Assembly (NCBI GenBank): GCA_009602735.1
Contig: WELA01002751.1
Span: forward strand, 126,447-185,782
DNA from: Mesotaenium endlicherianum
Taxonomy: Eukaryota
Direction: 5' to 3'
Length of the DNA stretch: 59,336 nt
The notes under the pieces are model-generated. The model worked only from the letters and a program-made list of their open reading frames with translations. It made no database searches and had not been told where the DNA came from. Numbering within the stretch: the stretch's first letter is position 1; each line of letters starts with the position of its first letter. The position numbers and the translations under genes are program-made. Below, in pieces: positions 24,301 through 35,291 of this stretch.

Positions 24301-27300
24301 GCTCTGTTGTGGGGCCTCGTCACAAGGGCACTCTCTCAGGTGGCTGTAGCATCTGCTGCTGGCAGGTTATGCTGGTGTTCCTTGACCCATGCCACCTGGC
24401 GGACAATCCAGGGTGGCCGCTGCGCAACCTGCTGGCTCTGGCTGCCGTGAGGTGGAACATCAGACAGCTGCGCGTGCTGTGCTGGCGTGAAAACCGGGGC
24501 CGCCCTGATCTTGCCAGGTGTCCTGTGCTTGAAATTACCCTGCCAGACCTTTCGGGTGAGCCCAAGCATCATCAATAGCAGTGAGCATGAATGGCATCTC
24601 CCTGGCTTTCCTCATTTGGCGGTTCCGCAAGGTGACTGGCATGGGTTCATTCTTCACACGTGTTATTTTACGGCTAAGCCCGTGAAGGAAAGGCCTATAA
24701 GCTCCCCCTCCGTCTCTCCCCTTCTCTGGAAATCAACTGTGGCGTGCAGCTTGGACGGAGGGGGGGAGGATACCCGAGGCAGTGGGATGGGAGAAGAACA
24801 GCAAGGGTGTGAATGGGCCTCGAGTTGCGGACCTGGCTCCCGCGCTGGACCCTGTCAGGTCTGCATGCCCCTTACCACCATGTGCTAACCCGTGTTCATG
24901 TGTGTGCGAGCGTGTCTGGTTGAGCTTTCAGAGGCATAGAGGTGCATACAGACAGAGGTGGAGTGCCGGTTTGTGCGGTGCAGTGCAGTGTGACGAGGAG
25001 AGAGTTGTGCTTAGTCCTTCCTCTTTCCGTGCTCAGGTTAGCCACAGCAGCTGCGGATTTGAACCTGAAGCTCATGAGGTGGCGCATGCTGCCCTCGCTG
25101 GACGTGCCACGCCTTTCCTCTACCCGCTGCCTGCTGCTGGGTGCCGGTACTCTAGGCTGCCAGGTGGCGCGTGGTCTCATGGTAATCTCCGAGCTCATGC
25201 GTAGCTGCCCTTTATTTTGCTTCTGACAGGTCTCCTTGTTTCGGGTTGCAAGAAAAGTGCCTGTCACCTACGCCAGCGGCGCAACTCCAACCCCAACTGC
25301 ATGGCAAACCCCGTCTTGCTGGGAACATGCATGCACGGTGTTGGGTGCTTGACGGGGAATGCCTGAGAGCAGTTGTCGCAATCGGGCGGGCGTGCGCGTG
25401 GCAGGCCTGGGGCGTGCGGCACATCACGCTGGTGGACTGCGGGCGGGTGGCCATGTCCAACCCGCTGAGGCAGTCGTTGTACACGCTGGAGGACTGCCTG
25501 CGCGGCGGCCGCCCCAAGGCCGAGGCCGCAGCACAGCACCTCTCCTCCATCTTTCCTGGCATGGTACTTCTCCATCCGCGCGCCGCTCTGTCTCCACGAC
25601 TGCACCCTTCGCCACAATCTGTGATCATGCATTCTCGAGTGCATGTTGGGAACAAGTCGCTGCACCCGCTTGTTTTTGTCTTCCTTTGGGCCTGAGTGTG
25701 CGGATGCGGGTGGTACCTCCGGCAGGCAGGCAGGCATGTTGTGTCACGTGGGGTCTGGGAGCACCTCTTGCCTGCTGATGCACCCATGGGTCGAAGGATG
25801 CAGGCCACAAAAATGTCAAGGAAAGGCTTGGATATTGTGCCTGGCTTGCCTGCGCAGCATGCGGAGGGTGTCCAGCTGGCAATCCCCATGCCCGGTCATG
25901 CTGTCAGCGCATCTCAGGAGGAGAGTGTGCGGAGGGATTGTCGGCAACTGGAGGAGCTGATTGCGAAGCATGACGTCGTGTTTCTGCTGACCGACACGCG
26001 CGAGAGCCGATGGCTGCCCACCCTCATCTGCTCGGCCCACAATAAGGCGAGTTTGTCAGTATCTGCCGCTTGACTCCGCATTGTGCGTAGCACGTATTCC
26101 TCTGGTGCACTGTGCTTGTGTCCCCAACAGCAGGACTCAGAATCTCTCAAGGAATTGACGTGGCATATTAATAAAACCCCGTGGTGCGCGCCATTTGTGA
26201 GCAGATAGCTGTGAATGCAGCTCTGGGATTTGACACGTTCCTGGTGCTGAGGCACGGCAGCACTCCCTGCCCCTCCTCCTCCCCTCCAAGTATCCGTGCC
26301 ACAGCTACGGGCACAGCAGCACCGGCGCAGCGTCTGGGGTGCTACTTCTGCAACGACGTGGTTGCCCCTCTTGACGTAAGAGTGTCCCGGCATGCACCAT
26401 TCTGCTGACAAGCAACCAAGTTTGTGCAGCAGGCACCATTGTCTGGTAGGCGGCAGGCGGGATCCCCTCCTGCTGCTCTGCTTTCATGTGGCTTGTTTGG
26501 GGTCCCTACATGCGTGCATGCGCAGTCCACGACAAACAGGACGCTGGACCAGCAGTGCACGGTGACGAGACCGGGGTTGGCGCCCATGGCCGCTGCTCTG
26601 GCTGTTGAGCTCGCCATTGGCCTGCTACATCACCCCCTTGGGTACGCTCACCCTCTGCTCCGCCCCATCTTGCTGCTGCCTCAGTCCATCGGCTGCAGGA
26701 AGTGTGCCTTGACCATATGTACAGCGCAGCACGTCGGACAGGAGACGGCCCTCTCAAGCGAGCAAGAAGGCCCATGGGGATGCTTCTTTTGGTGGCGTGT
26801 CACCTGCAATGCGCAGCCTTAGATGATCCTTATTCTTGTTTGCTTTCATAGGATTGCCTGCTTCTGGGTTTGCTTGATGCATACTCGATGTGTGTCGTTG
26901 AGATGTATTGGAGATGTGTGGTGATGTGCATCCAGGGTTAGTGCGCCTGCTGACGTGGCAGCGGAAGTATCTAGCAGCACCGAGATGCCGCTCGGTATTC
27001 TTCCGCACCAAGTCCGTGGATTTCTCGCACATTTCAGCCAACTTGTTGTGACTGGGACCGCCTTCAGCGGTTGCACTGCTTGTTCTGCCACTGTAAGATC
27101 CATTCTCATTCTCTTACCATGCTGCTACGCCAGGATCAGCTGTCATCCTTTTACTGCCCTGTCAGCGACAGTAAATTAGTACTATATATATCTATCAGTA
27201 GTTTGGGACGCGTCTGTTGTCAGTGCTGTCAATGATGGCTCTGTAGTTGTTTTCTTCAAGTAGGAGGTGCATGTGTTCATGGGAGGTGGTGGGCATGGAA

Positions 27301-27599
27301 TATAGAGTATGAGCGATCGGCCTCCGTGTATTTGGGAGCAGATTTGGCAATCACTTGAAGTAGTCTCTGTAGTCTGCAATCGCATGATGTAAGACGAGCC
27401 TCGCATCTCATTGTACGTGAGGTTCATTGGTTGTGTGCAGGTGGTCACTCACTACTTGTCGCAGAAGGAGGACTTCTGCATGTCCGTTTTTAATGACCCA
27501 GACCTGCTTGAGCATTTGATGGGGCTCAAGGAACTGGCAAGTGCTGCTAGTAGTGCTTCTGTTGATTGGGATGATGAAGATGAAGACGCGTTGCTGTAG
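21384..27599 (+). CDS. ATG7: Ubiquitin-like modifier-activating (E1-like) enzyme ATG7, about 14 exons, spanning an assembly gap. Alternative start at 21375.
   Basis: [143 protein letters not shown], catalytic [14 protein letters not shown] (exon 26526-26641), [17 protein letters not shown], acidic C-terminus. Confidence 0.97.
23205..23800. other. Assembly gap within ATG7, flanked by poly-C
   Basis: N run. The other gaps are at 35164-35254, 39633-39677 and 53552-53601. Confidence 1.
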
Positions 27600-28315
27600 A
27601 TTAGGGTGTGCTTTCCTAACGGACGCTTGGACATGGTCGCATGGCCTATTCAACTGCATTGGAAGCAGATGATACAGTTGATGGTTAGTATAATTGTCGC
27701 TCATGAGCTTCCTCGTCTATGTTGCATAGGTGCTCAACAAGGATGTGTACCCTCCAGTAGTCATGATCTAAAAGGCATGTGAGTTCGTTCAACCCACATC
27801 TGAATGTATCTGTGCTGAGCATATCTTGACCAGTAACTTTGATGAGTTTGGCAAGGACATGACAAAACAGGTAAATGTCTCGGTGAGGGTGATAAGTGGA
27901 AAACGGAAATCACCATGAATGTGTTTCAGACCTAGGTTAATATGTGAGGGCTTCGTTGGTCTAACATGGGCCTTTTGATAAGGAAGATGCCTAGGTTGGT
28001 AGGGTGTTGCCACCAGGATATGGATCAATTCAAATAACACGTGACTGGTAAGACCTCTTGCAGTGGAACTTTTTTTTAGGAACTGCCCGTCCACCCATGC
28101 ATGGAAATGTAGAAAACTGGAGCTGGAACACTTCAGCACATCTTTTTTAAAAAGCAACTGGAGACAGCCGGAAATGCTTTGTAGTGTTCTTTCCCCAATG
28201 CAAAATCCAACTGCCTGCTTGCTATTGAGTAAAAGCACACGAGACTGAAGTGGAGATACTTCAGTATATCACACTTCAGAAAAAATTGAGGCGTCAGGAG
28301 ATGCCTGCTACTAGT

Positions 28316-31289
28316 TTACTGTCGAGTATACTCTACAGAACTGTGTACGTGGCCCATAACACAGACTGCGTTCTGCGTACCACAAAAATAAATACTCTCT
28401 CTGTTGCTAACTGCCCTTTGGCTTCCAGGCCGCCATTTTCTAGCACCTACTTTGATGTGAACTATTTTTAAGGTGCTGTGTCGGGCAACATTCGGTCCTA
28501 CCTTATCTGATGGAAATGAGAACCTTGCATTATCTACGTTGATACAAGCAGTCGTGCAAAAACTGCAGGCGTGAAGCTGCTCTTGCGGGACGCCGCGGCA
28601 GCTAGACAGTACTTTCACCCCCCCTGGGAGACACCTCTTTGTCGCATTCTGGCTCTACCCCTGCGTTCTGCATATTCAGATTTCAATAGGTGTTAGTCAG
28701 CAAAGGAGGTGCAGACAGAAAGTGCCCCAAAAAGAGTGTCACTTGTAAACAACTGCATTCATTCCCACCTCCAATTGCCGCTGAAGGTGCTTCACGTAAT
28801 CAAACGCTTTGTCCAGCATTGCCAAGGTGTCGAGCTGCTCAAAACAGACAAAGTAAGCCTACAATTCAATTGCGTGTATTGTGGATAATAATCTCAATGT
28901 CCAATCTGCGCAAAAGTAGAATCTTAGGGTAGAGTCCTTGATAGGCACTACCGATTTGATCAAACAAATTTGGAGTAGCAGTTTGAGCGTCACTGACGAA
29001 GGGACGTGCAGAGTTACACACCTTCTCACACTACGACAGTAATGCATAACTTCAGTTTAACTCAAGTTCAGCTCAGTTTCAGGTGGACTTCAGAAGGCAT
29101 GACAAAGCCTCCTAAGAAAATGTGTCGACGAGGTACCTTTGCGCCATCTGGAACAAGCTTCTGCAATGTACGTAGTCTCTCATTTATTCGCTCTCTCCGC
29201 CGCTGGTAACCAAAGAACAATGACAAAAGACAAGATCAGTTAAAAAATGAAAAATGTCATGAACAATAACTGCATGGTTTCTGAGGAATCTACAGCCGTC
29301 AACCCTCATGTTTTCGTCAGCAATTTCAGCAGGTCCGTGTCAAGGTTTGCAGTATACTCACTCGGCATCTGTCACTCTGATAATTTGGATCTGAAGATCG
29401 AGGCAGAGAAAGGCTCCGCTTTCCAGCCAATGCGCCTGAAGCAACTTCCACTGGCGTTATTGCTTCCCTTGGCCGCTTCTTTGACCCTGCTGGACTCAGG
29501 GGAGAGGGGGAATTGCATCGATCCTGCACAACCGAGTGAACGACCCTGTTAACTCCTGGTTTGGACCTCAAAAAGGCCAACAAAGTTTCCTTCGAGGACT
29601 TCCTGCAGACTTAGACTTGCAACAGCGGAAGTGGACGGCACTCAGTGCATAAGCAGAAGACTGCAATGTTGCACCCTGCATGCTTTGGCATAGATGCACC
29701 AGCGTTTGTAGAATGCAAGGGGGCAGTGGCTCAAGCGCCACCATATTTACCAGAGCATGCAGCCTCTCGAGAACGGGCTTGTGTAGGGAGGGCAAGCATC
29801 GCTTCTTTGCACTGTCCACGTCGTCCTCCCGCGCAATCTTGGACTTCTCGTCCGTCAGCCCACTTCCTTGGTCTAATCGCTGCTCCAATCTTTTTCTCTT
29901 CAAGGCCTCGGGTCCCCCGCAGTTATACGGCTCATACAATCGACTCCCACTTTTATGCATCTGAATTTCTTTGTCACTGTGTCGAGGCGTGGTGGGGTCC
30001 ACATCAACAGAGAGGGATGTGCATCCAGAGGATATGCTGCTGCCGTGTCGCAGAGGAGGAGGAAGAGGCCTCCAGTCCTCTTCGGGAATCTTTGTGTTTG
30101 ACGATACGCTGTTGAACGTGACGAGCAGACTGTCGCTCGTCTCTAGAGGTTGCCATCTCCGCTGAAGTTGCTCATCTGCTCTAGGTAGACATTGCATCTG
30201 TTCCAAGTCTGTACCTATCATCGCAGATAATGCATGCATGCCCTCAAGTGACTGAACTAAAGGTCCAGGCGCAGTCAAAGGGGACGCGTCTGGCACCGAG
30301 GAAGTGTGGTGCAGATGAGGTTCACCGGAGCTATGCTTAGGGCTATGGCCATTATTTTCGATGCTGAAGAGGGGAAAGGAAGCAGAAGCAGCAGGTATCC
30401 TTCCTGCTGGACTGGCAGCAGTCTGAGCCACCTGCTGCCTGAGATCCCTGGTGATCAACTCCAAGCTAGTGAGGAGTTGCTGCTGAAGCTGCTCTTGCGA
30501 TATAGCTGGTTCCTGACATTTCTGCTTTAAGGCGGCAGGAACAACATCAGAAAGACACTCTGATGAGCCATGAACCGTCAGATGTTCTTTTCGTGCTTGA
30601 GGCTGGCTCCATGAGGTGTTCTCTCGGAACTGCGCTGAGACACTTTGTGAGGTAATGAGTGCAAGGACTTGCTGATGGAGGGCTGCTTGAGGTGAGCAGA
30701 TTCTCTTCCCTACCTGCTCGCCAAGGAAACGTGAAGAGCGAGCTGTTTCAGTAATGTTGGAGCCCAAAGTTCCAAGTTGCTTCGTGAGAGCAGTCTGCAC
30801 CTGGTCAGCCACTATCTGCCCTATAAGACTGGGTAGCTGTGCAAGCCTATCATCCGTGGAACTGCTGCACCTTGCAAAGCTGGACGGAAAGTGGGTAGTA
30901 CACATCTCAGGCAAATCCTGTCCAGCTGAGGAACCACTGTGGAAGGAATTCATTATTTTTCCTGCACTTCCTGCAGTGTCATGCCCCTGTCCAGGACCCC
31001 ACGACGTATCTTGGTCTATGAAGCCAAAACTGCCTGTCGAACCCGCATTAAACCCTCCATTTCTTCCGGTACCAGCTGCTAGAGGTACTGAGGGGGCACA
31101 TAATTGACCACTCAAAATCGAAGCATCATTCCCCCCGGAAGGATATACTCCTGAGCTTTGCCTATAAGTAGAAAAACCAGGATGAATGGGTTGCTGCTGT
31201 TGTTGCACTGATGCTTGTAGGACATGTAGAAGAATATCTGCATCCGCAGGACTCATTTGAGGGACTGACCGACTTGACCCTGGAGCCAT
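28316..31289 (-). CDS. bHLH transcription factor with a long low-complexity N-terminus. Exons: 31289-29751, 29523-29362, 29202-29137, 28834-28769, then from 28667 to either a donor at 28502 or the stop at 28316. 3' end uncertain.
   Basis: Spliced domain [55 protein letters not shown]| is built from two 66-nt exons with phase-0 GT-AG introns. The upstream 513-codon exon is Q/S-rich. Confidence 0.88.
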
Positions 31290-33237
31290 GAAATTGGTTC
31301 CAAGTAGCCAAGGCGCTACTCAATACTCAACAAGAAGAATCTTGACAGGGTGCTCAATCATTTCAAGAGTGATGGCATCATATGAGCGATAAGCTGCACA
31401 AGACGACTGGAACGATATCAGCTGCTGTTTGTAGGCAGTAAGCAATGCCAGGAGATGCGTAGTAAAGATACAGATTTGACGCATGGAGGACGAGATGAAC
31501 CTTCAAATCATCCGGTAATAGAAAGCATAGCGCAAGATACGAGTGCACGTGTCTGATGCTCCAGTACAATGGGATACCTAGCCAGATCAAGAACGAACAC
31601 AAGCCTGACAACCACTACCGCCAGAATCTCCCAAAGATAAAGTTACCTGCATAATGCATAAGCCAGAAGCCTACAGGCAGTAGTCGTCATACATGCTGAT
31701 TGCACAGGATAACCGCTCTCAGCTTTTGTCTCTGCGTTCATTGAAATCAGTAAAGGGTGGCATAGAGCTCACAGATCACAAGGAAACTACCTGCATAGAA
31801 GAATATATCCAAGATTAAGCGCAGCTTAGTAGCTGACATATAGTGACTAGGAAAACTGAGAAAAACGATCGATTTGAACTCGTGTATGTAAAAAGAAACA
31901 TGGAACTAGCTCCCTCGTTTCTCCCGGAGGGCGCATGAACAGTGTTGCACAGGAAGAAGTTTATATGGTGCCAGCCAGTGACGAAATTTGTCAGCCGAAT
32001 TATTTACCTTCAATAGGCGGACCCCAGTTGTCAGTTCTCTACTCTTTCGTGTTCACCTCGACTCGCGAGTCCCGATCTCACTCCGCAATTCCAATTTGCC
32101 ACTCGAGTCAGCAGCGCGAATCTATCCGTCGGGCACAACATCCACGGACCATTAGTGAGTAAGTACACTCGGCCGAGTAATTTGCAGCTATTTCGCACTG
32201 TACATAGTGCTTTCTACGCTTCTCAAAGGGCTTCTCCTTCCAAGAGCTGCCATGGCGTCGTCGTCGACGACAATGGACACGGATCGAGACACAATATGGT
32301 CGTAGACGCGTGCAGCAGCTGCTTCGTGTAATCGAAGCACGACAGAACAGTAAGCTCTTACGAAAAGGAACGCGTGCAAGATTACTCGTGTGAATGGTAG
32401 CAAGCAGCAACAGTGACGACGAAACTGATCTGCATAGATTATACTCTGTCGTGTTTATTAAAGTTAAGACAACCCCGTAGATTGTTGTACTCTACACCAA
32501 GTTTTAGTGCAACATTACGTCAAGGTTGCAGCCGCCTAATGCAACTATGAGGAAACAAATAAATATCACGTAAGCCGGCGGTTGACGCATTATCCAAACA
32601 CGCACACATTTGTATGTAGAGCATATATGCTTAAGGCCCAGTATAGCCGGACCTGCAAAATTTGTACTATTAAGTTAATTGCCCTACAATTACTAAACCG
32701 GTAATAACTGGCCTGGGCGATTAGGGGGCAATGATTGTCGTTACTGACCTGAGCAGTCGAGACTCGAGACTCGAGACTGCTCGAGACTGAGAAAAAATTG
32801 TGGTCAGTCCGGCTCGGATCCAGGTCAAGAGGGATGGAAGCGAGTGGTCAGAACAAACAGATCAGATTCTGCCACCTTAAGTACTGTTTAGTACTGAGTT
32901 TGTATCCTGTCCGATGTGTCAGTTACGACTATGATAAGAAGCGTCACAAGTACAACACTTACGTGGTTGCTGATAACATGGACCACAGCTTTGCACATTT
33001 CGCCACCCCAATGTATCTCATTATTTTGTCGATGCAAATAATCGAAAATGAAAGTCAATGGTTCTCGCTGCTGCCACGTTGTGGGCTTAGAACTTCCTCA
33101 GATATCTAATGCTGTGGCAGCTCCTTATCCATCAAGGCTGATCGAGGCCGACTTGCAGGCTCGAGGCCGCTTGAAGCCGCTGGCCATCGCTGCTGCCCAA
33201 GTTCTGACTCTCAATGTTCAAATTTCAGATTACAGAA

Positions 33238-33545
33238 CAGACCCCTCGATTCAGAACTTTTTGGTTGCTATCTGCTATTTTGATATCATTAAACCCAACT
33301 TTTTAAAAAAGGTTGTAATATAAGATTTTACTAATATGGGTGTATGTCACATGAAATCCCTATTTTCTGCAGTTTCTCTAAGGCAACCCGTGGGATGTTA
33401 TTAATATAATCATTATTAATTATGCAAGAATGCAGGAAAACATCCTCCAAATTTGGTCAGATGTTCTCCGTAACTGTTTGAAACCCTGACCGTCGGCCAG
33501 AGGATGTTTCCGAAATCCTCATTTTTTGTCGAATCGAGGTGCCTG
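33238..33545 (-). mobile_element. hAT-type MITE, older and internally shorter copy (308 bp)
   Basis: Imperfect TIRs cagacccctcgattc / gaatcgaggtgcctg. Flanking 8-mers ttacagaa (33230-33237) and ctacagaa (33546-33553) match at 7 of 8. The interior aligns in reverse with 56529-57051. Confidence 0.75.
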
Positions 33546-35103
33546 CTACAGAACCTTCTGGCACAATATCGAAAGTTGGAACCTTCAGCAACTCTGGGGG
33601 GCAACCCAGGGCAACCACTATTTCATTGCTTCGTGCGTGTTAATTACGGCAATCCCGTTCTTGTGAGTCGTTACTGATTCAATAGGATTTTAGAATCATG
33701 ATGTGAGTGCGGATTGGACAAATTCCTAGTGGGTCTTTGTCCTGTGTCGTTTCTCGATTTTGACTGAGTATGACAAATCAACCCATGCTCACAGTTCAAA
33801 CAGGAATTGTTGAGGAAAAAACGCGTAGAGTGCATTTTGGGTCTTGCACGTTTTTACTCGAAGATAATCTGGCCACCAATCAGTCTTCAGCAGCATTTTT
33901 CGCCCAAAACTTCTCGATACGATCTGTGACTAAACTCATCGGGCGCCCCATATCACCCCATATGGCCAAGTGCTTGGTATCGGTCACTAGTCGATATGTC
34001 AGGCGTCAAGCGTGCGGACTCAGAATGATCTCGTCACGCTATCGTTAAAAGCGACCGAACATGGCACCAGGGGTTTCCCGGATACAAACAGCGTGTGCAG
34101 GAAAAGGAGCCCGCCCAGCGCTAGCCAGCTCAGTATACCCCACGCAATAAAACCGCTTGATATACTAAAGCGGCACAAACTACACGGTTGACGCTTTCGA
34201 GCGTGCGCTGGTCGTCGAGGCGTGTGAAATAAATACGCGCGTGCAACCATGGATGCAACATGTAGTAATTATTTCTAATTTAATCGTAAGGATAAAATGA
34301 GAATAATTTGCTAATGTGGAGATTGGTGTATGTTTGAACATGTGCATATGTGGTGGGAAACAAGCATGTGCCAATTTGCGCTTTTGTGTTGCTTGCATGG
34401 GTGCACGCGTGCATGCAAGCATTTACACATGGTATATGCATAATAAGGTGTCAAGGACGTGTAAAAGCATAGAAAGATAATGAAAGTGTACGCTCAACCA
34501 CATGCATGGGTCTATGGGTGCATGTGTGTATGCGAGCAAGCATTTATATTACGCATGCATGTGCAATTTTAGTGTGCGGCATGTGGACGCGTATAGTATG
34601 TATGAAAGGACAAATGTGGCCAAGAAATGGTATCTGCACGCGAATGCACAACAATTACGCCAAGAAGTTGGTTTTGACTCGCGCAACGCATTCAAATCAA
34701 CCTACATAGAGAAAGTAGCCAGTTTGCACGTATCGGTACCTTGTGTTCATAACCACGCATGCAGTATGATGCCCGCAAGCATGATGCACTCAAGCAGGCA
34801 TGCTTGAGTGTGTTCACATGATCTTTTCATGTACGCCTAAGAGTCGTGTGACATGCATCGTTTGGATGGGCATGCGCCTTTGAAGTCGTATCTATGGAAA
34901 AAATGGTCTATTTGTTTCAATATAATTTGATTAGTATTCACACGATTAACATGCATGAGAAAATTGAAGTGAACATTGCAGCTAGTTATTATGTTTCACA
35001 GCACAACTCACATGTCTTGATTTTCATAATATAAGACATAAAGCGACACCAGTATATCTTATTATGCCACACCAAATAAACGATCATTAACTTCCATAAG
35101 TGT

Positions 35104-35107
<4 letters not shown>

Positions 35108-35163
<56 letters not shown>

Positions 35164-35254
35164 NNNNNNNNNNNNNNNNNNNNNNNNNNNNNNNNNNNNN
35201 NNNNNNNNNNNNNNNNNNNNNNNNNNNNNNNNNNNNNNNNNNNNNNNNNNNNNN

Positions 35255-35288
<34 letters not shown>
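35108..35288 (+). repeat. (CT)n microsatellite spanning a gap
   Basis: Pure CT run on both sides of Ns at 35164-35254. Confidence 0.97.
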
Positions 35289-35291
<3 letters not shown>

